NCBI GenBank assembly: GCA_001599295.1
Contig: BCGN01000002.1
Coordinates: 1,674,001 to 1,738,000, forward strand
DNA: 64,000 bases
Reading direction: 5' to 3'
Origin: Sporopachydermia quercuum
Taxonomy: Eukaryota
Positions 23,732 to 35,860 of this stretch are shown here, piece by piece (within the stretch, counting starts at the first letter, position 1; each line of letters opens with the position of its first letter). The position numbers were made by a program, and so were the translations under genes. The notes beneath the pieces were generated by a model. The model did no database searches. It saw only the letters and a program-made list of their open reading frames with translations, and was not told the origin of the DNA.

Positions 23732-25627
23732 TCAATGGTTCATTAGATTATCTTTGATCAAAATTACTACCATCATCCATCCCAAGGCCAAGGCGACCAG
23801 TCCAACAGATACATTAAGAGTAAACATAGCATCTAATCCTCTATAGATCATTGCAGTGACTGTTTCAGAGTTTGATTCCATAAAAACGCTACCACCCAAC
23901 AGAAGTGTGAATGAAACTATCAATTCAGTGAATGGCCTTGATGGTATTCCATCAGCAGGGGGAGGATTCAAATACATCAGTGCATAGGTTCCCAATCGGA
24001 AAAATGATCCAACACATAATGTATATCCCCATTGCTCATGAATCATTGTGGAAAGTGGAAGAGACTGCTGATGTTGAGACATCAAAACACCAGTCCAGAA
24101 AATGATGAATGCAGGGAAAGGATTCGGGGAAAATCCGGGTGTGACAGCCTTATAGGGAACGTTTCCGTTGTCCTCTTTCATTCCACCCAAATTATAAAAA
24201 GTTGATTTTCTCCAGACCGCAAGCTTATATTCAGAAATCAATCCACATAAACCACCTCCAATGAACATAAAAGCAATGGACGCATGTTGCAAATCTTTGG
24301 CACTCCAGATACCGTCTTGATTACCTAAATGTTCCATGAAGACATTGGTGATCCCATAGAAGAAAACAAGGAATGACTCAATAAATTCCATAGTTAACAT
24401 GCCGTTTGGTAGAATTGCATTCATAAATCTTTTGAAAATATTTGGTCTCGCTTCATAATGACTATCAAAATCAACAATGGCAGCTCTGTTCCAAGCAAAT
24501 CCGTATTCTCTCCAACATCCCATGTATCTTCCAAGAGTTAACACTCCAACCCAAACAAAAACTCCACCTTTAATGAAATGTGCCAACAAATTATAAATTT
24601 CATTACTGATACCCATGCAATTCAGTACAGCAATTCCAGTGCAAAAGTAGACAGATGCGAATAACAACAAGGGTCTGTTTAGAAGAGAGTATAATACAGT
24701 GGATACAGTTGATGTAGAGGAAACCACAGAAGCAACCTTATCATTCTTCATTAGCTTGACCAAAACAGGAGCTAAGAATTTAGGAACACGGCTTTCTTGA
24801 TTAGANTTTGATTCACGAAGGGCTTTCTGTGCAGCAGCCATATGAGCAGCTTTTGAGACATCTAAATGAGGAGTAAGACCATCGATAGAGTCAACATTAG
24901 TTTCACGAGAATCGGCACTGGATCTAAATTCGGGAGAGTCGTATAGCGTTGAAGGAGAATGAGAATCTGCTTCCTCGTCAAAATTGCGCATAGGAATAAT
25001 TTCCTCAAATTCTTGCTGATTATTTAAAGGAGTGAACGAACCGAGTTTTGTTTGAAGGGCCAATGATGCTAGGTTTTTAATGATAGCTGTTACGTAGTGT
25101 ATAGCAGTAGCGAAAGCTAGTATCCATGACATCTTGACATATGCATTATTTGGATACAAATTAGGAGCTGTAGATCCATATATGGCCAATGAAAACAAAG
25201 CAATATATATGCAAATGACATGAAGCGTTAAGATTGGCAGATACCAGAAAGAATTAGCGATGGAGAACATTATGCTGATAGGATAAATTAAGAAAAAAGT
25301 AGTGAACATAAAGAAGATGTGAATATACAAGAAATCCTGATTTTTTGACTTGACAGAAAGAAAGGATTCAGGATTATATTCTTCCCAATATTCTCTTTCC
25401 TCATCAGTAAGATCATCGTGCTCTAAGATGGGTAAACCATGATTGTGATGGTCCGCTGGAATATAGCCATTACCATTACTCATATTCATTCTTTTCGTCA
25501 ATTGATGATCATTTTGCCTTTTAACTATTTCAACCTCTTTCCTAATTTTTGAATCAGTTGATTCTGATGCCATAGCTAAACTGCACCACGCAGTGGCCAA
25601 AACTAACAAGAATTTACTAAGTTTCAT
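23732..25627 (-). CDS. Polytopic membrane protein of the Ytp1/DUF2427 family (YCR061W-like)
   Basis: Signal peptide MKLSKFLLVLATAWCSLA, HHNHGLPILE, YPNNAY, LAHFIKGGVF, FMEHL, DLQH and NPFPAFIIFWTG motifs with many hydrophobic segments. Confidence 0.85.
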   Translation of the reverse strand: MKLSKFLLVLATAWCSLAMASESTDSKIRKEVEIVKRQNDHQLTKRMNMSNGNGYIPADHHNHGLPILEHDDLTDEEREYWEEYNPESFLSVKSKNQDFLYIHIFFMFTTFFLIYPISIMFSIANSFWYLPILTLHVICIYIALFSLAIYGSTAPNLYPNNAYVKMSWILAFATAIHYVTAIIKNLASLALQTKLGSFTPLNNQQEFEEIIPMRNFDEEADSHSPSTLYDSPEFRSSADSRETNVDSIDGLTPHLDVSKAAHMAAAQKALRESXSNQESRVPKFLAPVLVKLMKNDKVASVVSSTSTVSTVLYSLLNRPLLLFASVYFCTGIAVLNCMGISNEIYNLLAHFIKGGVFVWVGVLTLGRYMGCWREYGFAWNRAAIVDFDSHYEARPNIFKRFMNAILPNGMLTMEFIESFLVFFYGITNVFMEHLGNQDGIWSAKDLQHASIAFMFIGGGLCGLISEYKLAVWRKSTFYNLGGMKEDNGNVPYKAVTPGFSPNPFPAFIIFWTGVLMSQHQQSLPLSTMIHEQWGYTLCVGSFFRLGTYALMYLNPPPADGIPSRPFTELIVSFTLLLGGSVFMESNSETVTAMIYRGLDAMFTLNVSVGLVALALGWMMVVILIKDNLMNH

Positions 25628-28600
25628 TTTTAGATGTACTCTATTGATCAAGAGAACTCACAACCAACAACATCACATTCACTTTGAGAGCTATTTGTAA
25701 GGCAGAAATACTCAATNCGCTTCATCGAAGACATTAGCAGAAAAGAGATTAAACGGAAAAANAAAACGGCAGACTTTTCCTTATAAGTAAAATGGAATAA
25801 CCGTTTAATAGAATGGTCTGCTTTTGTCTTTTCCATTAGAAGTCCTCATTCGGATTGAAGTAAACTTATCAAGTTCGAGAATAAATGGTTCTCTTCGGTA
25901 CAACTGAACGAAGAGATGACAAGAAAATAAAGTTAAATACTAGCTCAAAGTTTAGGAGGTTCAATGCTTATACGTAAGATGTTTTTCATAAATTGTGGCT
26001 CAGCAATAATTAAGAATCATAGCTTTCTTGGTCCATTAATAATCAGTCAGTGAAACAAAGATAAATATCAGTTGATTGTTTTTAACCATGCCATACGCAT
26101 AATGTTTCGTTGCAACTCATAGAGAAATTGTATCAGCACGTTTCAAGTTTTCAAGTTTCTCGTGTTCACCCTTGGTAAGTCTTCGCTCGACTCTGCTTGA
26201 TGACAAAAACAATAGTGCGATTTGAATTATATTTTGTTATAGATAGCAGCATACAGTAATTGCAACGAAATAGACAATGAGCAGATAATTATGTATTGAT
26301 TTTCTTGGTTCTTGGATCTTAAAACGGTGGGAACTTATTTGATGGATTTTCACATGCAATTGAACCTGGCGGTTAATCACGCAAGTACAATTGATGATAC
26401 AGCGTTTGCACCAAAAGCCAAAAAAACAACAATAAAACAGGGATAATAACGAGATCTATTGATGTCAACAATTAATCCTTGAATTTTAATCCAAGGATTA
26501 AATGGTGAATATGTTCATAGAAAAACTAGGGCAATTAATTCCATATAGACGAATGTTATAAACTATCAACTGTTATTGTTATTGTAACCAGTTCAAAAAT
26601 TTGAACAATTTGAGTCGAATGTCAATTTTACTCTGCCGAAGCTTTGAATCAGGTCAACAAGTTTCCAAATGAAGCTTTCCTAGAGGTAGTTTTGAAGGCG
26701 GAGATTACATTATTCGGAGTATTTACTTCTTCTANCCCGATAAGTAACTTTGTTTTATTCATTCAAGAAAAAGAAAAGAAAAAAAGGTTATTGAGATGGC
26801 GCAATTATTGTTCAATTTGAACCAAACGATGAACTTTCTTTGATCTCTGACCATTAAGTTAAGAGTGACAAAATCTATGATGAAACCAAGAATGGAACTT
26901 GATCTCTTGTGAGTGAACTACCTAGCGATTGAATCTTAAAATCTACGACAATTGAGTTATACAATTGAGTTATCTTTTGAAATTCTATGTCTTTCGTTCA
27001 ATATTTCTTTCTTTCAGATAAACANTCCACAGTTCCTTTATTACATCTCGTGAGATACCTACCATTGAACTCATTTGACTCTGGTGATTGATTATACCTA
27101 AATTCTCTTTCGTACAAAAGTTTCATTTTGGTGCGAAGTTTTAACAAAATCAACTTTTTCTTCGTGCATTCTGGATTTAAGTTATTATATGTGCAGTACA
27201 TAAACGTTAATGCTCCTTCTTGTTTGCAGTTGAACTTAGCCATAAAAGGTTGAGCCATTAACGAGCGCCCATGCTAGCGAGGTTGGGTGAAATAGTACTA
27301 GTACCATAAATGAATTAAAGGATAAGTTCAANAAATGCCTGAAAGTTATTACTAGTTTCCTTGCGATAAGGTGAGTCGCCAAGGTCATTAACTCACACGA
27401 TAGAAAATTGTGACATAANTTGATATCTCAACTGTGAGAATGATTTGAACCTCCTCCCAGAATANTAATATTAAATATAGTAGACTGAACAAATATATGT
27501 TAGTTCAGGGAACCAGGAACACTAGAAAGCAACAGACNTATCTATTTAGGTTCACTTTGGATGTTCTACCTCTTTCACTCTTTTCAACCAATTGCCAAAA
27601 TAGCCTATTGATTACAGGACAATACTCTGATGATAGAGGCAGATCAACATAGGTGGACCCTGAGATTAACTTGACACTCGGCAGTGTATCTTCATAAAAT
27701 AGTATAGGGAACTTGGTATAATCTCAATGTAGGTCTGAGGAGCACCAATCTCTGCTAATTATTCCCTTAAACAATTGATAGGCAAAATGAAATGAATACT
27801 GCTACTAGAATTTGAAAATAGCCTTTAACCTGCAATTGTCAAAATTGAACAATGTGTAACATTGATTCGCCTATATACTTTTATGTAGAACACTTTGAGA
27901 TTTGACTGACCTCCTTAATATCAAACTTTGTTCCTTACCTATCACATTTATCACCGAGATTCGTATTTGTTCTGAGATATTCTTCCAAGATTTGTCTGAA
28001 ATAATGCTTGCAGAATTTGAACTTACAGTTTACCTTAAAATGTGAAGCACCAGTCTATTACTAATTTATTAATGTAATCAATAAATATTACCCAGAACCT
28101 GAATATATACGGATAATATCTTCTTCTTTTGAAGATATTAGACAGGATTGCGTCCAANAAACCTATCAGCTTAGCTAAGAGAAATCATGCATGCATCATT
28201 AACAGGAACAAGGAAGGACTGTCAGAAGCTTTGAGAAACATAATAGGTCGCTTCCGATCATGCATGCATAATTAAAATCAACCTCTTGTGTCCAGTAATT
28301 TGTCGATGATGATAAAATAATTCCAAGGNTCATTGATATTTGAACAATAGCAAAGAAAGTAATCAAGTCTCTTGACTTCTCACACTATGAGGCAGTTAAC
28401 AAATGAAGGTTTGACTATTTGCTGAGCATTNCACAANTTTCGTACTTACCAAGCCCAATACTAACCACATACTATGCATTATTCTGACAAAGAGACGTTT
28501 CTCGAGATGAAATAGTCCGACTATCTTCGAACAATCAGCTCTTTGTTTCTCATATATCTGACATACATGTCAAGAAATAACAGCTGCATACCTTAGCAGA

Positions 28601-29118
28601 TCATTCAATAAGTAAATAATATCTCAATCTTACTCCTAAGTAAGAATCAGTTCTAGTAATCTGCGCCACATGGGTTACTTCTTATAGTAATTTGGATTTA
28701 TCGTACATTTTAGACTTTAACTTGGAAAGCAATAAAGTTTGTTAATAAGGGTTTTTTTTCTTTTACTTTCTACGTATACACCATAGAAATTAAGAGTGAT
28801 CATCGGAAACGTCGGCTTTAAGGACATTTCGGTCTGTATTGGGACATGTCTCAAACCGAAACCCACCGAAACTCACTGAATAAGAACGAGAATCCCAAAT
28901 AGTTTATTGTTTAGTCAGATAAACTAATGTATTACTCGTTCTAGGTGGTAGGTAGGGGAGATAATGGAAATAGTTTATCATGGTACGATCAAGCAGTTTA
29001 TAATTAGAAAGCATTCATTTGATGAGTCAAGTGTTGACAGCGAAAATCGGACTTGAGATTCCAAATGTATCTGATAGTACATATAATCATAAAGTAAAGA
29101 AAAGAGAAAATATATTGA

Positions 29119-31881
29119 TTAAACAACACTAGGAGTACTATAAATTTGCATTGAAAGTTTTTGATTCACAATTTTTTGCTCAGCAAGACTTACTTCTTCC
29201 ATAATGCGCTCTTTCTCTTCTTCTTTCATAACCTGTTCTTCATATAGCGAATAGTTCACTAGATTAAGATAAGCATACATAAAATTGCTCAATAATACTT
29301 GCTCTTGTAATGATCGTCTTGGATTTGCAAGTTTTAGATGAGATAAACGATATATTGCTCGTTCAACATGAACCGGAAAGCGATGATAATACATTATCTG
29401 TACAGATCGGGTCATAGGAGGAAGCGGGAATCCAATTAATGATTCTGGTGGTAAAGTGTCTAACGGTAACCGGGGTATATCGTAAGGTTTGGATTGCTCC
29501 CTTTTTTCTTCCTCTGAAAACATCATGTCTCCTCCCATTTCTTTGTTCAACTGCACGTCTCCTTTCATATCCTCACTCACGTGATTTATATCATCGCCAC
29601 TGCTTGCATCAAAATATTCAGTTATTGATTCATCACTCTCACTTGACCTGTGCATAAAACGTTGTTCTTTACCTTTTAATGAGTAATTGGAGTCTTGGTT
29701 GTTTCCATCTATCACATAAGTTTGATGTCGTTCCCCATATGTTATTTCTTCTGGACCAGTAGCTCTTTCACTCACATCTTGTAAGTGATTGTCAATAGTG
29801 ATTGGTTGGTGATTAGGAGATGAGTTATTATATTGTCGAGCTCTTACCCATACCTGTTGTTCAGAAGAAGAAACTTCCCCTCGTTGATCATCATATATAG
29901 GCCCGGATGCAGTAGATGGCTCCTCTTTATCAAGAATTTTGTTTAATTTGTGAGTAGGTGTACTTAATGATCCCGTTGATAGATCTGATTGTACTACTTC
30001 TGGTCCCCTATCGAGTTCCTTTCCTTTGAGCTTTTCTTTCCTCTTTTTCCGTTTGGAAAATATGGAAAACAATTTATCTTTTTTCTCTGTCGGTGATGTT
30101 TCGCTAGTTTGACTCTTGGTACTACCCAAAGAACCAGTAGAAACACTTTTCTTAATCTCACCTATTGGCGCTGTTGAAGTTGACATAGGAGGAGACTCAT
30201 CTCTATGTCTATTTCGACTATGTTTTAAAGCTCCAGTATTTATACTTAGATTCAGACTTGAATTACTACTATGACTACTTGATCTTCCGCTTGACATACC
30301 TCTACCAACAGCACGACTACCTGGTAGGCTTTTTTCCCGCTTACTTTCAAGAACTTCTTTATCGAAAAGTTCCAAGTCAGCGTGTGGTGAGACTGGTGTA
30401 TCGACCTCATGTTTCTTATCATTTCCAAATAAACGTTTACCCCATCTTTTCGTACGTTGCGATGCCGTAGATGATTTTGATGCAGTTGAGTTTGTAGTTA
30501 GGTCTGCTGAAGAATTGCTTGAACGATCTTTGTCTTTTGAAATCATACCATCAACAGATAAATCTATTACTGGAACCAAACTATCAAAGTCTGATCCCAA
30601 TACAGGTATTGAAGACAACGATGTGATAGATCCTTCTAACATAGAAGGTGCTGCCAAAGCTATTCCTTGTCTTTGTTGATGTTGATTATGCTGACTATGT
30701 TGACTATGTATTGAAGCTTGCCTTGGAGTATGGTTACTAGCTCCAGAGGTATAATATGGATAGGACTGAGCAGCTACATAGTATTGTCCATGAGATGGGC
30801 GATTGTCTGGACGTAAATCATTTTGGAGATGGAGATGGAGATGTCGACCACTACCCGCTGATGTTGGAGATAACTTTCCTGTCCCCCGTCGCTGAACAGC
30901 AAACTTATTCCTTCTAAGTTGTTTGTTAGGTTGCTGAGTGATAAGTGTTTCTTCTTGTCCTGTTTTAAGATCATTTTCTTCGTCGTCTAGTAGTATAGGT
31001 GTATCTTTGCTACCTGTTGTCTCAATTTTCTCAGCACACTGTTCTATAGGTTCCGTTTTGGTATATCTCTTTCTTCCTGAAAGTGAGCGAGAAACGGTTG
31101 AAGAGCGAGATAAAACGGTACTATCATTTCTTAGACTCAGTTGAGACAAAGTTCTAGCAAGCACCACAGGATCAGATGCTAAAGATTCAATATCAGAAAG
31201 CTCTCGCATCTTCATTGATAATTTTGACAGAGACAAATCTGAATCTCCATTTTCAATTAATGGTAATCTGTACTTCTCTGCCTTAGCTGATTCCTGAATT
31301 TCATCCGACGTTATTTGGTGCGATAGCCGAGATTTTCGCCTATGCAGAACAGAACCATAGTTTGAGCTTGATTGTGACAGCGAAGAACTAGTGTTTGATT
31401 CACTTAGTCTGCTGGATTGACGAATTTCAGCCAGTTTTTCTTCTACAAATGACTTCCATTCTGTAGGTGCTAATTCTGGATGAACAGATGCTGGAACCCA
31501 TAATAACTCAGACGCATCTACTATGACTTCGTCATTACTTCCTTCAATTGATGCATCATTTTCTGGATTTGTCTGTGGTATGTCTGGTTTAGCTGGATTC
31601 TCATTCACGTTCGTGGATGTTTTAGGAAGTGATGATAATAATTCAAATGCAAGATCAGGATCAGACGTTGAAGATGTTGCACCTAATGATAATCTTTTAA
31701 GTGATTTCAGAGTCGTTAGTTCTTGAGCAACAACTGCTGCTTTCGCCGACACGGTGCTACTATCAAGCGGGTANGTTTTTTTTTCTGTCATCATATTGGA
31801 GTTTCCGGTTGACATAGACGACTCTGTAGTTTCCGAAACAGAATGGTTATTCCAGTTCTCTTTAGGGCTGCTTCCCATCAT
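29119..31881 (-). CDS. ZDS1: Zds1/Zds2-family PP2A-Cdc55 regulator
   Basis: LLWVPASVHPELAP motif and C-terminal Zds_C domain RFPVHVERAIYRLSHLKLANPRRSLQEQVLLSNFMYAYLNLV. Confidence 0.92.
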   Translation of the reverse strand: MMGSSPKENWNNHSVSETTESSMSTGNSNMMTEKKXYPLDSSTVSAKAAVVAQELTTLKSLKRLSLGATSSTSDPDLAFELLSSLPKTSTNVNENPAKPDIPQTNPENDASIEGSNDEVIVDASELLWVPASVHPELAPTEWKSFVEEKLAEIRQSSRLSESNTSSSLSQSSSNYGSVLHRRKSRLSHQITSDEIQESAKAEKYRLPLIENGDSDLSLSKLSMKMRELSDIESLASDPVVLARTLSQLSLRNDSTVLSRSSTVSRSLSGRKRYTKTEPIEQCAEKIETTGSKDTPILLDDEENDLKTGQEETLITQQPNKQLRRNKFAVQRRGTGKLSPTSAGSGRHLHLHLQNDLRPDNRPSHGQYYVAAQSYPYYTSGASNHTPRQASIHSQHSQHNQHQQRQGIALAAPSMLEGSITSLSSIPVLGSDFDSLVPVIDLSVDGMISKDKDRSSNSSADLTTNSTASKSSTASQRTKRWGKRLFGNDKKHEVDTPVSPHADLELFDKEVLESKREKSLPGSRAVGRGMSSGRSSSHSSNSSLNLSINTGALKHSRNRHRDESPPMSTSTAPIGEIKKSVSTGSLGSTKSQTSETSPTEKKDKLFSIFSKRKKRKEKLKGKELDRGPEVVQSDLSTGSLSTPTHKLNKILDKEEPSTASGPIYDDQRGEVSSSEQQVWVRARQYNNSSPNHQPITIDNHLQDVSERATGPEEITYGERHQTYVIDGNNQDSNYSLKGKEQRFMHRSSESDESITEYFDASSGDDINHVSEDMKGDVQLNKEMGGDMMFSEEEKREQSKPYDIPRLPLDTLPPESLIGFPLPPMTRSVQIMYYHRFPVHVERAIYRLSHLKLANPRRSLQEQVLLSNFMYAYLNLVNYSLYEEQVMKEEEKERIMEEVSLAEQKIVNQKLSMQIYSTPSVV

Positions 31882-34192
31882 ATTTTTCACGATCTCAATC
31901 ACCCTGCATTAAGAAACATAAAACTCCACTAATTATACAAACTATTGATTAATAAACTCAACGTGAAGCCAGTTACTTTATTCTGGCGTCTTTAACTCCG
32001 CGTTTATAATCTCTTTTTTAATCAGTTGCCATAGAGTGGTACTATATTTTCATATATTTCGCCTGTCTTGGATATTGATACGTTCTTTAAGGAACAATAC
32101 CGCTTCCTTTCGTTTTCACTCTGTGTTTCCGAACTAAAGTTTTTACCCTCAAAAGGACACCAAACGCGTTATAAATCAAAAATAATAACTTATGCCACTT
32201 TATCACAATTATTTTTTAACCTATCTAATATCCCGTTTTTCAATTATAAGATGGTTTCATTGATTTGTTCATTATGCCACTTTTTGGTCAAGTAATTGAA
32301 ATACCCTTTCACCGCTCATGCCTTTTCCATTGACTGAGTAAATTAACAACACCTTGATTTGGGACACTTTGCCCAACTTCTTAACTATCAAAATGTTTGA
32401 ACATTGCTTTGATTCAGTGATGGCCTGATTGATTACTTGATTATTCAGCCAGGAACTACACCAAATCAAACAATTTANAGGAAATAATTAGTTATGAGCT
32501 TATACAAACATTAACTACGTGATTAGATAATGAATATTTGCAAAACCAACGATCTGAAGTTCATGTTTGCGATTGTTCGCTACTTCGTAATTTTTAGAGC
32601 GCTACATGACAAACCCAAGTTCGTCTAAAAAAGGGTGCTTGATATGCAACATACATGTAGGTATATTTTCGGGTTCAAGAGAGACATAAGTGATTTTACA
32701 AGGATTCGAAATTAAGAATAAGAAAATGCCAATTCGATAGACAAATATGAATATAACGCAATAATNTTTGACTGAGTCTATTATAGCACTCTAAGTCAAA
32801 TGCTAGGATCAAATACTGGCTGAATAAGTTTAGTCGATCTTTTGACTATTGATTGAAGCCCATTCATTCATTGAGCTTGTTTATTGAAACCAAATTTTGG
32901 GTCCTTTCGATTGAGAATAAGAAGTTGTATGTAGGTTTAGAATTCAGACGATTCACAATAAACTCCCATTTACGAATGCCAGTTGAAAATATTGTAGTTA
33001 CCTGCTAGAGAACAAACTTCTTTACATTGAAGTTTGAATCACCCTTCAGTAGTTGAGTCTTGATAGGGTACTTTTGATTATAAGTATCACATTAGGAGCC
33101 AAACAGATTTAGCTAAGATAAACAATAAAGAAGACTACCAAATTCAAGATAATCATTCTAGCGGTGATGATTCGCTAGTTCGGGTAATTGAAGAAAGCTT
33201 CAATGGCCACAGGTAGTTGATTTTGAAGACCATAAGAAGACTATCNGTATCTCTAACGAGAGAATCCTAGACATTTTCTACGCGTCTTTGAAGTTTCTGC
33301 ATGTCACGGTACTTATCTTAAACAATACAATGAGATAAAATATTCAGCACTCGATTAAACATAAATAAATTTGAAAATATCTCCACTGAAATATCAAATA
33401 TTGATGAAGAATTTGCAATGATATCAGATATGCCGTATGTAGACGTTATCTCCGTCCTCTTCAGGGTATATTTTACTCTTACCTTTAATAGTCTGGAAGG
33501 GACTGCGTGCGCGTTCAAATCTTTGAAGCGCTGCACTGAATTTGAGAGAATTTAGTCACGATTATATTATGTTACTGCACAAGTCAGATTCCCTGACTAA
33601 ATACTGTCAAGACAAAGAACCGAGGCATTTTTAATTTTGCTTTAAACATACTAATCATCAGCTAGATATTTTATACCAACTGCAAATCCAGTTGTTCTGT
33701 ATCCTACAGAATAATTTTTATCTGTCTATAGACAAATCACCTTGTATTTTGATTCTTTGTTTATTAAGTAGGACAAAATTATCAGGCTATTTTCTCCCTT
33801 TCCCAATCAAGTTAATGCACATGATCTTTACCATATAAAAGCATACTAGTTTTTGACACCAAATGCTTGTCACGCATACTGAAGCATATACCGCAAATTT
33901 ATTATGGCAGAAAGCTTTCCCTTAAGAAACAAAACCAAGNATCACAAATTTTCATGTATGACAAAGTTTCCTCAAGTCATATAGTGTCAACTCATCTTTG
34001 TTTAGCACTCCCCTACTATGAAAGCTTCATATGAAATCTGCATAGTTCGTCGCTGTTGGTTTAATATTTTAGAGTATTCTGTAGAGGTTTCTGGTCGAGA
34101 AGCTGACAATATCATTATATACTTTGAACAGCCGTGATAACGGAATTAGATTCTATTGTTGCAAGGAAACAAGGAGATCAGGGAAAAGAACC

Positions 34193-35356
34193 ATGTCTCA
34201 AAATCTTCGACTTATCACAAAAGATGATCTTGCTAAGCATAATACAAAGCAATCATGCTGGTGCTCTTTGAATGACAGAAAAGTATATGATATAACTAGT
34301 TTCTTAGAGGAGCATCCTGGTGGCTCCGATCTATTATTGGAATATGCTGGTAAAGATATGACTGATGTAATGAAGGATGTTATCTCACATGAGCATTCCG
34401 AATCCGCGTATGAGATGCTCGATGAAACTTATCTTATAGCTGTTATTGCTAATGAGGAAGAAGAGCGACACTTGATGAAGGCAAGAGCTCAAAAAACTTA
34501 TAGTGGAGAAGATATCACTCATCACCTTGAAAACATCAAGGATGACATAGAGTATGATAACAGCTTAACTGACATGGTTTGTTTGGATGATCTCAGCCTN
34601 AAGACAGATTTCCTTTTAGACTACAAGAAGCATCAGTTTATTGATTTGAACAAACCGATGCTTCTTCAAGTTTTATTTGGAAACTTCTCAAAGGAATTCT
34701 ATTTAACAGAAGTGCACCGCCCTCGCCATTATGGTAAAGGCTCGGCTCCTATATTTGGTAACTTCCTGGAACCAACTTCTTTGACCCCTTGGTATGTTGT
34801 TCCTAGTATTTGGTTTCCGGTATCGTTTTACTCTCTATATCTCAGTTGTACATCTGCTTCATATCCTGTGCCGCTATGTTTCGGTTTGTTCGGTGTTGGC
34901 TTATTTCTTTGGACTTTGATTGAATATAGTTTGCATAGATTTTTGTTCCATATCGACCACTATTTACCTGATCACTCACTCGCCTTAACTGTTCATTTCT
35001 TATTACATGGAGTTCATCATTACTTACCAATGGATAAAAATAGGTTAGTTATGCCACCAACCCTTTTTGTTGTTCTATGTGCTCCATTTTACAAATTAGC
35101 ACATTTCTTATTCCCATATAGTGTAGCTATGGGTATATTTGCTGGAGGGTTATGTGGATACACTATTTATGACGTTACACATTATTCCCTTCACCATATC
35201 AACTTNCCCAGATATCTAAAGGATATTAAGAAATTTCATTTGGAGCATCATTACAAGAACTATGAGCTTGGATTTGGTGTCACTTCTCCTTTCTGGGATA
35301 AGGTATTTGGTACTGAGTTTGTTGATACAAGTGAAGCCGAAAGAAGAAATCAATAA
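34193..35356 (+). CDS. SCS7: Sphingolipid alpha-hydroxylase (cytochrome b5 plus fatty acid hydroxylase)
   Basis: HPGG haem motif and His boxes HRFLFH, HGVHH, HYSLHH, HLEHH. Likely start is ATG 34193. Confidence 0.95.
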   Translation: MSQNLRLITKDDLAKHNTKQSCWCSLNDRKVYDITSFLEEHPGGSDLLLEYAGKDMTDVMKDVISHEHSESAYEMLDETYLIAVIANEEEERHLMKARAQKTYSGEDITHHLENIKDDIEYDNSLTDMVCLDDLSXKTDFLLDYKKHQFIDLNKPMLLQVLFGNFSKEFYLTEVHRPRHYGKGSAPIFGNFLEPTSLTPWYVVPSIWFPVSFYSLYLSCTSASYPVPLCFGLFGVGLFLWTLIEYSLHRFLFHIDHYLPDHSLALTVHFLLHGVHHYLPMDKNRLVMPPTLFVVLCAPFYKLAHFLFPYSVAMGIFAGGLCGYTIYDVTHYSLHHINXPRYLKDIKKFHLEHHYKNYELGFGVTSPFWDKVFGTEFVDTSEAERRNQ

Positions 35357-35860
35357 TTCACAGCAATGTCTCCAATATATCGATATTGAGATATATGTTC
35401 AATAAATTTTCATTGATATGGGTGAATAATCGAAAGGAATCTTGTTCGCACATGTTGATGAATTGGTTTGCGGTTGAGGAATAGGGGAAAGAAAAGGATA
35501 CAGAAAAGAGGAAAGAAAATAAAAGAAAAGAAATAAAAAAGATTTATTTGGTATTAAATTGGGGTCTAATAAAAATCGAAAATTCGGAGTTAATGATACA
35601 TTAAATTTAAACTGTTAATACTACTATGACTTGACACTACATATTGTTCTAGTTTGTTTATATAATTACTTGGATATACAAAGTCTATGGCTGTGGGTAC
35701 TTTTTTTTGTCTTAGTAGAACGTGATTGTTTTTAATCTCTGTTGCAAATGTCATAAATCCTTAACGACTATTGATATCCCTAATGTTGTCAAGCTTCAAC
35801 TTTTTGAAATGATGATTAGCCTCAAACTAAGGTTCAGTGAAGATCTCAATTATAATGAAA

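Noticed and set aside
27450..28650. Scattered minus-strand donor-like hexamers suggesting a micro-exon gene
   Set aside because: I could not assemble a coherent reading frame.
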